Shown here: positions 38,722-47,069 of the stretch, piece by piece
How positions within the stretch are numbered: position 1 is the first letter of the stretch
How the letters are laid out: the number at the start of each line of letters is the position of its first letter
Source of the DNA: Candidatus Aceula meridiana
GTDB lineage: Bacteria; Omnitrophota; Gorgyraeia; Zapsychrales; Aceulaceae
Assembly (NCBI GenBank): GCA_030765185.1
Contig: JAVCDE010000024.1
Location: 251,538-315,537 of the forward strand
DNA length: 64,000 nt
Reading direction: 5' to 3'
The notes under the pieces: generated by a model
What the model was told of the DNA's origin: nothing
Databases searched by the model: none
What the model saw: only the letters and a program-made list of their open reading frames with translations
Translations under genes and position numbers: made by a program

Positions 38722-39174
38722 TTAAAATTCTCCTAAAACACGGTGAACGATTTCTTCCAAATCCTTTTTAGAAAATGGCTTTCCTAAAAAATCAACAGCG
38801 CCAAACGTTTTTGCAACCATCTGCCTGTCTTGATAAGAAATTTTTCCCTTCTCATCCAACCGTAGTTTTTCGAATTCCTTGATATCCGCATACGGCATGG
38901 ATGTTGCTCCTCCGGAACCGCTGATAATAACAATCGGGATATCTTTTGTTTTTGGATCTTCTTTAAGCAACCGTAAAACGCTCTCCCCTCTCATTTTGGG
39001 CATCACATAATCAAGAAAAACTAAATCCGGATTTTGCTCAACGACAAGGTCTCTACCGGAGACCCCATCATACGCTGTTAAAATTTCAACATCGCCCATC
39101 TTTTGAAGAACCTCTTTCATCAATTCACAGAAAGCTTTTTCATCATCAATGATAATAATTTTCTTTTTGCCCAT
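38722..39174 (-). CDS. Single-domain response regulator (REC only)
   Basis: KIIIIDDEKAFCELMKEVL...DLVFLDYVMPKMRG; 150 aa. Confidence 0.9.
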   Translation of the reverse strand: MGKKKIIIIDDEKAFCELMKEVLQKMGDVEILTAYDGVSGRDLVVEQNPDLVFLDYVMPKMRGESVLRLLKEDPKTKDIPIVIISGSGGATSMPYADIKEFEKLRLDEKGKISYQDRQMVAKTFGAVDFLGKPFSKKDLEEIVHRVLGEF

Positions 39175-39211
39175 AAAATACCTCTTTTAAAATTTTAAGT
39201 TTAAAAAATCT

Positions 39212-41653
39212 CTACACCCTAGCGCCCAATGGAAAAGTTACAAAAAAAGTTGTCCCTTTGCCAATCTCACTTTTGACAGAAATTTCTCCGCTGTGCCGCT
39301 CCATAATCTTATAAGCGGTACTTAACCCTAAGCCTGTCCCTTTGCCTTGTTCTTTGGTTGTAAAAAATGGATCGAAAATCCTTTTTTGAGCTTGCTCAGA
39401 AATTCCGCTGCCTGTATCAGAGATCTCAACGACAGCCTTCTGTTCGCTTATTTTTGTTTTGATCATAATCGTTCCAGATTCTTCAATAGAATCAACGGCG
39501 TTGGAAATAATATTAAAAACCACTTGGCCTATAAGGATATCGTTTCCTTTAATCAATATTCTTTCATTAGCATACTGACTCACAAATTCGATCTCTTTAT
39601 TTTTACAAGATTGCTTTACCATAAAAATAACGCCATCTAAAGACTTGTGAATATCAACGTCACTGCGTTTTTCTTCCGAAGACCTTGCAAATTCTAAAAG
39701 CTCTTTGACAACCCGATTAGCCCTATTTGCGGCATCCACAATAAGATCAAAATGTTTTTTTGTTTCCTCGCTAAACCCTTTCTCCTCATCCTTAATCAAA
39801 TCTGCACTTAATAAAATAATGGCTAAAGGATTTTTAACCTGATGCGCCACGCCCGCCGACAGTTGGCCGACAGCTGCCATTTTTTCGCTCTGCAAAAGTT
39901 GATCTTGCGCCTCTCTAAGCTCTTTATTTGTTTCTTGCATATCGCGAAGCATATTTTTTAAAGCCCTCTCGCTGTCGTACAATTCTTTATTCGCTCTTGC
40001 TAGCTCCTTCTCTGATTTCTTTTCTTCTGTCAAATCTCTCCAAAGGCAATGGAGCAAGGTTTTACCTTTATAGGAAACAGGGGTAAGCGAAACCTCAAGA
40101 GGAAAATCTTCACCTGTTTTCTTACGATGCGTCCATTCAAACCGATGAAACCCACTCTCAAAGGCAATCCGCATCATCTCATTGGCTTTTTCAAAGGACT
40201 TTTGGCCATCAGGCTGGTTAGGCGGTGACAATTCCGAAGGATGGGTCATCAAAAAATCCTCGCGGGTGGAATATCCAAGCATCCGCGCCGTAGCTTCATT
40301 GGCATCTACAAACTTCTCAGAATCAATCAGAAGAATAGCATCCTGTGCAGAATGCAAAACATCCATAAAACGTTTTTCGCTCTGGTAAAAATCTTCCTGG
40401 GCTTTTTTACGTTGCTCTATTTCTTTTTGTAGATCATCACGCGAAACAGTAACTCCTTTTAAGTCCACCACCATCTGATTAAATGATTGCGCAAGTTCTC
40501 CAATCTCACCTTTTGGATCAATATCTATTTTTACGCCCAAATTGCCTTTTCCGATTTGAGCTGTTGCAGCTTTCATCTTTGAGATAGCACGAACCAAGGG
40601 GAGAAACATAAACAATCCAACGCCAACAACTAATGCCAAAACAACAAAAGCTGCCTTTAAAAGAGTGTCTCTCAGCTCCTTAATTGGTAAAAATATTTCC
40701 TTCGCATCATATTCCATGATTAAAACCCAGCCGAGGCCTTTAAACTTTCGATAGCCTCTTGAATGTGCATGAGCAAATAATTTGACTTTATGGTCTACGC
40801 TATCCTCTTTAACTTCCCATAAAACATGCTGTTTGCCCTCCGCATGTCCGAAGATTGAATCAAGGGGATGCAAAGAATTCTCGCCAAGAAACTTTTTGGC
40901 GTTGTTATAAATTATCCTTCCCTCTTTAGAAACTAGTTCAACGCCAAGGCTTTTGCTCTTAATATTCTTTTTTGATTCTTCAATGATTTGCCCAACTCCT
41001 TCTAGATTCTCGACTGCTTTGATTATCCCTAAAAAATTTCCGTTTTCGTCACTAATCCTTACGCACAAATCAATAGAAAAAAAACCAGAACTCTCATCGT
41101 ATCCAATATCGCTCACATAGGATCCTTCTTCCTTGGCTTGGGTCCACCACTGTTCATCCGCCTGATAATAATCTGATGTCTTGTCTGTTTGCGCAATATT
41201 GACCCCATATTTATTTGTAACAATAATCTCGCCAAAAACAGGATAACCATACCTCTCTTTTTGAAAATCTAGAAGAACTCTTAAATTTTGGGATAACGGA
41301 GTGTTGATTATTTTTTCCATAAAAGGGGTTATCGTCTCTTTTTTTTCTGAAGCCCACGCCTTGTCGTTCTCAAGAATATAATCTTGTTTTTTTTCAATCT
41401 TGCTAAAAGCGTCATTCTCTTTTTGGAGCATCCTTTTTAAGAATAAATCTTCAAAGTACAGCGATACCTCCTCAAGCCTAAAATAAATCAGTTGATCAAT
41501 CTTGTCCAATGCCTGCTGGGCAATGACCGCAGAATTCTGTCCGATAGACTCTTGTAAAGTTGTTTGGCTTTTACGAAGAGCAAAAAATCCTCCTGTTGTT
41601 CCTAACAAGACGATTAAAAAAAGCATAAGAATTAACTTAAAGAGTGCTCTCAC
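39212..41653 (-). CDS. Sensor histidine kinase (dCache-like periplasmic sensor, HAMP, PAS, HisKA, HATPase_c)
   Basis: H-box [15 protein letters not shown]; DTGSGISEQ; [12 protein letters not shown]; 813 aa. Confidence 0.9.
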   Translation of the reverse strand: MRALFKLILMLFLIVLLGTTGGFFALRKSQTTLQESIGQNSAVIAQQALDKIDQLIYFRLEEVSLYFEDLFLKRMLQKENDAFSKIEKKQDYILENDKAWASEKKETITPFMEKIINTPLSQNLRVLLDFQKERYGYPVFGEIIVTNKYGVNIAQTDKTSDYYQADEQWWTQAKEEGSYVSDIGYDESSGFFSIDLCVRISDENGNFLGIIKAVENLEGVGQIIEESKKNIKSKSLGVELVSKEGRIIYNNAKKFLGENSLHPLDSIFGHAEGKQHVLWEVKEDSVDHKVKLFAHAHSRGYRKFKGLGWVLIMEYDAKEIFLPIKELRDTLLKAAFVVLALVVGVGLFMFLPLVRAISKMKAATAQIGKGNLGVKIDIDPKGEIGELAQSFNQMVVDLKGVTVSRDDLQKEIEQRKKAQEDFYQSEKRFMDVLHSAQDAILLIDSEKFVDANEATARMLGYSTREDFLMTHPSELSPPNQPDGQKSFEKANEMMRIAFESGFHRFEWTHRKKTGEDFPLEVSLTPVSYKGKTLLHCLWRDLTEEKKSEKELARANKELYDSERALKNMLRDMQETNKELREAQDQLLQSEKMAAVGQLSAGVAHQVKNPLAIILLSADLIKDEEKGFSEETKKHFDLIVDAANRANRVVKELLEFARSSEEKRSDVDIHKSLDGVIFMVKQSCKNKEIEFVSQYANERILIKGNDILIGQVVFNIISNAVDSIEESGTIMIKTKISEQKAVVEISDTGSGISEQAQKRIFDPFFTTKEQGKGTGLGLSTAYKIMERHSGEISVKSEIGKGTTFFVTFPLGARV

Positions 41654-41698
41654 TTATTTTTTTCCTCTTCTTATATACATTTTCGTTTTATAAAACAT

Positions 41699-42901
41699 CT
41701 ATTCCAAAAAAGACAAATCATACAGGACCTCTCTGCCCAGCTCTTGAGACAAGCTATTAACTTGTTTTTTTAGCTTGACCATCATCTTTTCTCGGTCAAT
41801 TGTTGCTTCTTTAAACTGCTGCAAGTCCTTTAAGTTTTGCTCCAATTCCTGCCTTGACCTGTTGCGATCGGTAATATCATATCCATAAAAATTTACATAC
41901 CCACTTTCTTTAACCGGTGAAACAGTAATTAAGAATACTCTGTCTTCTTCTTCTTCTTCTTCTAAGTTTTTATTTAATTCCAATGATTTTGAAATTATAT
42001 CCTGCCACCTCTCCGGCACAGGTTGCCCAACTCCACACTCCCACTTGCTAAGTAATAACTCCCCTGATTTATTGGAATATAGCACTTTCCCATCTTTATT
42101 AATGCGCATCACTGGATTAGGATTTTCAGAAGGAAAACTCATGAGGTTTTTCATTTCTTCTTCTGCTTTTTCGCGCTCAGTAACGTCCTGGCCTGTGGAA
42201 AGAATTCCCAAAATATTTCCGTCGCTATCTTTCAAGGTCTTGCCATGCCATTCAATAGACCTTAATGAGCCGTCTTTTGTGACAATAGAATTAATATTCC
42301 CTTCGATTGAAATGCCACGAGCTGCTTCTTTAAAAACTTTCGCTATTCTTTCCTTGTCAGACTCTAGAATAAATGTTTGAATCCAGTCTTTTCCAACTAC
42401 TTCTTTTAATGTGTATCCAGAAATCTTTTCCATGTACGGATTAAAATCAAGAATTTTTCCTTCCAAGTCTAAAGTCATAATAATTACTTGTGCAGTTTTA
42501 ATCACTTTTTTTAAAAAATAATGTTCTTTCCGTAAAGACTCCCGCGCCTGCTTGCGCTCAGTAATATTTTTCAAAATAACGACAATTTGCGTCTTTTCTT
42601 CATTTAAAATCGATGAAGATACCTCAAGATCTAGAGTAGTTCCATCTTTGCAGCGATGCTTTGTTTCAAAGCAATCACTCCCTTTTTCCTTAATTAATCG
42701 AATATGATTTTTAATCTCTTCGGGAGTTTCAATAACATCAAAATCAGGAATTTTCAAAGAAAGAACTTCCTCTCTGCTATATCCTGTCATGTTACAATAC
42801 GCAGGATTAACATCAAGAATCTTACCATGTAAATCAACAACCCGAATTCCATCTAGGGAATTATCAAATATTTTCTTGTATTTTTCGTCATGATTTTTCA
42901 T
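41699..42901 (-). CDS. Triple-PAS-domain protein with C-terminal coiled coil, no kinase domain
   Basis: Three PAS S-box repeats (…GYSREEVL…, …GYTLKEVVGKDWIQ…, …) and a coiled-coil tail; 400 aa. Confidence 0.8.
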   Translation of the reverse strand: MKNHDEKYKKIFDNSLDGIRVVDLHGKILDVNPAYCNMTGYSREEVLSLKIPDFDVIETPEEIKNHIRLIKEKGSDCFETKHRCKDGTTLDLEVSSSILNEEKTQIVVILKNITERKQARESLRKEHYFLKKVIKTAQVIIMTLDLEGKILDFNPYMEKISGYTLKEVVGKDWIQTFILESDKERIAKVFKEAARGISIEGNINSIVTKDGSLRSIEWHGKTLKDSDGNILGILSTGQDVTEREKAEEEMKNLMSFPSENPNPVMRINKDGKVLYSNKSGELLLSKWECGVGQPVPERWQDIISKSLELNKNLEEEEEEDRVFLITVSPVKESGYVNFYGYDITDRNRSRQELEQNLKDLQQFKEATIDREKMMVKLKKQVNSLSQELGREVLYDLSFLE

Positions 42902-42949
42902 AAAGCCACCCTTTCTTTAAGTTAACCGCAATGCCTCGCAAATTCAAAC

Positions 42950-43000
42950 AAGCTAATAACATAAAAGCTCCGCATATCGTTATAAAATGTGCGGAGCTTT
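42950..43000 (-). terminator. Rho-independent terminator of feoB
   Basis: AAAGCTCCGCA / 13-nt loop / TGCGGAGCTTT at 42963-43000, followed on the minus RNA by UUAUGUUAUU. Confidence 0.75.
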
Positions 43001-43217
43001 AAAAAATCCATGTAAACGCAAAACGCGTTTTCTATCTTTTTCAACTAGTATCTTGCATAATCCCTCTTCTATTTCCCTTCCTTCGCTATTACTAACCTCT
43101 ACACGCCTACTCTACACCCCTTATTACAAAAGTCGATGCAATTAAATAAGGGTAAAATGAATAAAAATCCTCATAAAAAGACAAAATTTTATGTTTCTTT
43201 TAACATTTCTTAAATTT

Positions 43218-45473
43218 CTATAAGCACAAAAACCTTTTTTGTCTCTTTAAAAAGAAATAAACCCCTACAAAAGCAACAGCAATGCTTACAATATACCTTA
43301 GCGAAGCCAAAGGATGCGAAACGAAAGTCATAACTTGATAGAATACCGTTGCAGCACTCCAAGCCAAAAACAACGAATAAATAACGCTAAAGGCCATCCA
43401 TCTTAAATTGAGCTCTTGATAAATCGCCCCGGCAGTTGCAATGCAGGGAATATAAAGAAGAATAAAAAGAAGATATGCAAAAGCGCCTTTTTGGCCGTCA
43501 AAACGCTTAGTCATGGAATTCTTTAAAGATCGGGAAATCTCCGGAGAGCCGGGTGCCTGCTTTGAAAATGAAAACGGCCATGTAATTTCTTTTAAATTTC
43601 TAAAAATACTTTCAAAAGCCAAAGAAACCTTGCCTGAGAAATTTTCCTTTTTTTCATCAGTAACCTGGTCTGAGTCCAAATTACCATATAAAGAATCGAG
43701 CGTGCCGATAACAGATTCCTTGGCAAAAATCCCTGTAAAAATTCCAACGACCGCAGGCCAATTTTCTTCCTGAATCCCCATAGGCGCAAACAAAACCGTA
43801 ACGGGTCTTGCAATTTTTCCTAAAAAAAGATCTTCAGGTTGTTTGCGCGGCGATCTAACATCTTGCGCAAATCCAAACATGTTTAATATCACAATCACTA
43901 AAAGAATAGCCCGTCCGGCTTTGATGATAAATCCTTTTAGCCTTCCCCATGTATGAATTAATATCCCTTTTAATGTCGGCAGATGATACGGAGGAAGCTC
44001 AAATATAAAACTTGAAGGCTGGCCTTTAAGCGCAGTATTCTTTAATAAAAATGCCGTCATAATGCCGAAAAAAATCCCGATTAAATAAAGCGAGAAAATA
44101 ACGATCCCTCCTATTTTTGGGAAAAAAGCTGCCGCGAATAAAGCATAAACCGGCAAGCGGGCAGCACACGACATAAACGGATTCATCATAACAGCCAATG
44201 CGCGGTCTCTGGCGTTCTCCAGTGTCCGTGTTGCCATAATCGCAGGAACATTGCAGCCAAACCCAATCAGCATTGGAACAAAGGCCTTGCCCGGCAGCCC
44301 CACCGACCGCATTAGTCCATCAGCGACAAAAGCCGCCCGCGCCATATAGCCGGAATCTTCCAAAATCGCCATGCAGAAAAAAATAAAGAATATCGGAGGA
44401 ATAAAAGTAGAAACAGTCTGGAGGCCTCCCCCAATTCCATTGGCAAAAAATGTTATTAAAAGCTGTGGCGCACCAACAACGGTTAAAAGATTTCTTGTGC
44501 CATCCACAAAAATAGCCCCGAAAAGAATCTCAAAAAAATCGATAAAACACCCTCCGAGGTTAATCGTAACCCAAAACATCAAATACATTGTAAGAAGAAA
44601 AAAAGGAATCCCTAAAAATCGATTTAAAACAACTTTGTCAACCGCATCGGAAATATCTCTACGAAAAGAATCTGAGCGCTGAATTGTTTTTTTGCAAACC
44701 GAATGAACAAAACCATAACGGCTATCGGCAATAACAACATCCACGTCTTCGCCAATGATTTCTTTGATGCGTTTACGGCCTAAAGCAATAATCTCTTCTA
44801 GCGAGCCTTCTCCTTGAAATTTTTTTCCGAGGGCATCGCCTTCCAAAATTTTTATCGCCATCCACCGAGGGTCATAAAATGAAAATTCTTTTTTATTTTT
44901 AATATACAAAATAATTTTTTGAAGGGTGTCTTCAGCCTCTTGCGGAAAATAAATATTTACGCTGGACACTTCTTTTTTATCGGCAGATGCCGCAATCGCA
45001 TTTTTAAGAGCATTAATGCCTTCGCCTCTGCTGGCAACAGTGCCGACAACCGGGCAACCTAAGGCCCTTGAGAGTTCTTCAATGTTAATCTGTATTTTCT
45101 TCTGACGTGCCCGGTCCATCATGTTAAGGACCAAAACACATGGGATGCGCATCTCTAGAAGCTGAACGGTAAGATACAAATGCCTCTCAAGGCTTGAGGC
45201 ATCGGCGATGTTAATAACAACATCCGGGCTTTCCTTTAGAATAAAATCTCTAGCAACTTTTTCATCTAACGAAGATGTCAACAAAGAATAAATGCCGGGA
45301 AGGTCTACTACGTGGATATTGCTTTTGCCGTGTTGGTAGCTGCCGGTTTTCTGCTCAACCGTAACACCCGGCCAATTGCCTACGTGCTGTTTTGCGCCGA
45401 CCAACGCATTAAACAGCGACGTCTTACCGCTGTTGGGGTTGCCCAAAATTCCTATTTTTATTTTTTTAGCCAT
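43218..45473 (-). CDS. feoB: Ferrous iron transporter FeoB
   Basis: G-domain GNPNSGKTSLFNALVG...DLPGIYSL plus the polytopic Gate/nucleoside-recognition membrane domain; 751 aa. Confidence 0.95.
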   Translation of the reverse strand: MAKKIKIGILGNPNSGKTSLFNALVGAKQHVGNWPGVTVEQKTGSYQHGKSNIHVVDLPGIYSLLTSSLDEKVARDFILKESPDVVINIADASSLERHLYLTVQLLEMRIPCVLVLNMMDRARQKKIQINIEELSRALGCPVVGTVASRGEGINALKNAIAASADKKEVSSVNIYFPQEAEDTLQKIILYIKNKKEFSFYDPRWMAIKILEGDALGKKFQGEGSLEEIIALGRKRIKEIIGEDVDVVIADSRYGFVHSVCKKTIQRSDSFRRDISDAVDKVVLNRFLGIPFFLLTMYLMFWVTINLGGCFIDFFEILFGAIFVDGTRNLLTVVGAPQLLITFFANGIGGGLQTVSTFIPPIFFIFFCMAILEDSGYMARAAFVADGLMRSVGLPGKAFVPMLIGFGCNVPAIMATRTLENARDRALAVMMNPFMSCAARLPVYALFAAAFFPKIGGIVIFSLYLIGIFFGIMTAFLLKNTALKGQPSSFIFELPPYHLPTLKGILIHTWGRLKGFIIKAGRAILLVIVILNMFGFAQDVRSPRKQPEDLFLGKIARPVTVLFAPMGIQEENWPAVVGIFTGIFAKESVIGTLDSLYGNLDSDQVTDEKKENFSGKVSLAFESIFRNLKEITWPFSFSKQAPGSPEISRSLKNSMTKRFDGQKGAFAYLLFILLYIPCIATAGAIYQELNLRWMAFSVIYSLFLAWSAATVFYQVMTFVSHPLASLRYIVSIAVAFVGVYFFLKRQKRFLCL

Positions 45474-45482
45474 ATGAGAATT

Positions 45483-46175
45483 TTATTCTTCAAAGATAAA
45501 AATATTTTGAGCTTCACCTCGGCCAATGGCCAAACGAGAATCCTTCAGCTCAACAATAAGAGGCCCAAAGTATGAATTCTTGATAATTTTAATGGTGGCG
45601 TTAGGCACAAACCCTAAGTCCATTAACCTTCGCTTTAAATGTAACCCACCCTCAATCTTTGAAAGTTTAACAGTTTTATTTTCAGGGATAAGCGTAATCG
45701 GAACCACTTTTTTGCTGGCCGGATGGCATTCGCCACAAACTCCATAAACTTCAAGCTTATGGAAAAGAGGCCGCGCTCCTTTTTCAAAAATCAAAGAATC
45801 TTGCAGCTTCTCGAGCTGAATATTGCTAAATTCAATAATCTTTTTGCATTTAACGCAAATAAAATGGTCATGGTGTTTGTCCGACCGAAGCGGTTCATAG
45901 CGCTTAAAATCTTCCCCCTCAAATTGAAGATATGCCGCAAAACCAATTTCCGAAAACAGTTGAAGAGCGACATCAACGATTTGATCGCTAACATCAATCC
46001 CCTCGCTTTGCAAGATTTCATGAAACTCTTCAGCAGAGACATGGCTTTTAATAGCGGAAAACTCCGCAACGATCCGAGAGCAGATATCTTGAGGGATATT
46101 CTCTTTTTTATGCAAAAGCTCGCTCAAATGATCCTGAATTTCCTTTTCAATAATCTGAACATCTCCATAGAGCAT
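45483..46175 (-). CDS. Fur-family regulator fused to a C-terminal FeoA (SH3-like) domain
   Basis: HVSAEEFHEIL...FEGEDFKRYE...HHDHFICVKCKKIIEF...YGVCGEC aligns residue-for-residue with E. coli Fur (HHVSAEDLY...HHDHLICLDCGKVIEF...YGHC). C-terminal VKLSKIEGGLHLKRRLMDLGFVPNATIKIIK...LAIGRGEAQNIFI is a canonical FeoA. Confidence 0.8.
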   Translation of the reverse strand: MLYGDVQIIEKEIQDHLSELLHKKENIPQDICSRIVAEFSAIKSHVSAEEFHEILQSEGIDVSDQIVDVALQLFSEIGFAAYLQFEGEDFKRYEPLRSDKHHDHFICVKCKKIIEFSNIQLEKLQDSLIFEKGARPLFHKLEVYGVCGECHPASKKVVPITLIPENKTVKLSKIEGGLHLKRRLMDLGFVPNATIKIIKNSYFGPLIVELKDSRLAIGRGEAQNIFIFEE

Positions 46176-46178
46176 GTA

Positions 46179-46664
46179 TTACCTCTTTTTTGTGCAAGAA
46201 ATAACCTTTCCCTTCTTGCAATACGTTTTAAAATGTGTAAGCCATTGAGGCTCCTGATTCTTAGATTTTTTATCCATAAATTCAATAAGCTTGTAAAATC
46301 GTCCAAAAGTTTTTGGGCTCATCGCATGCTCCATTTTACAGGCATCCTCTGAAGCTATTTTTGAATCAACACCCAAAATTTCACAAATAAACCGCGTCAA
46401 CGTCTTATGACGCTGATAAACACTCTCGGCGAGGGCCGCTCCTTGCTTAGTAAGTTCAACTCCTCCATAGCGCTCGTGTACAACTAACCCTTTTTGAGAC
46501 AACACCCCCAAGGCCTCAGTTACACTTGGTCGTTTTACCTTTAAAAGCGTACTTAAATCAACAGAGCGCACACGCTCGTTTTGCTTTTTTAAGATAGAAA
46601 TCGCCTCTAAATAATCCTGCATTTTTGGGCTCAAATCTTCAATAGACGCTACAATATTATTCAC
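46179..46664 (-). CDS. DtxR/MntR-family metal-dependent repressor (HTH plus dimerisation domains only, no SH3 domain); GTG start
   Basis: MQDYLEAISIL...RVRSVDLSTLLKVKRPSVTEALGVLSQKGLV matches the DtxR N-terminal domain; 161 aa. Confidence 0.85.
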   Translation of the reverse strand: MNNIVASIEDLSPKMQDYLEAISILKKQNERVRSVDLSTLLKVKRPSVTEALGVLSQKGLVVHERYGGVELTKQGAALAESVYQRHKTLTRFICEILGVDSKIASEDACKMEHAMSPKTFGRFYKLIEFMDKKSKNQEPQWLTHFKTYCKKGKVISCTKKR

Positions 46665-46677
46665 AGGAACCCCCCCC

Positions 46678-46720
46678 CTATTTGTTAGGTTAGCCTAACA
46701 AATAGCACCCTCCCTGTCAA
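46678..46720 (-). promoter_or_regulatory. DtxR box (TTAGGTTAGCCTAAC, 15/19 match to consensus TTAGGTTAGCCTAACCTAA) overlapping the -10 of a TTGACA promoter, upstream of dtxR-fur::feoA-feoB
   Basis: 12-bp perfect inverted arms CTATTTGTTAGG/CCTAACAAATAG at 46678-46705. -35 TTGACA (reverse complement) at 46715-46720. Confidence 0.7.
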
Positions 46721-46828
46721 GAAAATTAAAAGGACAAAATTTAACTATTGCCTTCAAAAGATTTTATGCTAAAATCACTTTTAATTAGAAAAAACTTAAC
46801 CTTAGTTTCTAAGAAAGGACATGCATAG

Positions 46829-46999
46829 ATGACACACAAAATTACAGACAAATGTACTGCCTGCGGTAGCTGCAAGCCAGAATGCCCTGTTGAGGCAATT
46901 TCTGAAGGCGATCCAAAGTACACCATTGACCCAGAAAAGTGTATCGATTGTGGCGCTTGCGTTTCTGTTTGCCCAACAGACGCGATTGAAGCTGAATAA
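46829..46999 (+). CDS. 2x[4Fe-4S] clostridial-type ferredoxin (56 aa; below the ORF-track size cut-off)
   Basis: My own translation gives MTHKITDKCTACGSCKPECPVEAISEGDPKYTIDPEKCIDCGACVSVCPTDAIEAE with two CxxCxxCxxxCP motifs. SD AAAGGA lies 10 nt upstream; a terminator follows. Confidence 0.85.
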   Translation: MTHKITDKCTACGSCKPECPVEAISEGDPKYTIDPEKCIDCGACVSVCPTDAIEAE

Positions 47000-47014
47000 A
47001 TTTAAAAGGCATAA

Positions 47015-47052
47015 AAAAGAGCCCCGTCAAAAGACGGGGCTCTTTTGCTTTC
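47015..47052 (+). terminator. Rho-independent terminator of the ferredoxin gene (probably bidirectional, also serving phoH2)
   Basis: AAAAGAGCCCCGTC / aaaa / GACGGGGCTCTTTT, a 14-bp perfect stem, followed by TGCTTTCTC. Confidence 0.85.
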
Positions 47053-47069
47053 TCTGTTAATAAGCTCTT

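Noticed and set aside
45723-46352. 209-aa plus-strand ORF spanning the fur::feoA / dtxR junction
   Set aside because: It is antisense to two well-supported genes, has K/N/F/L-rich low-complexity composition and no RBS.
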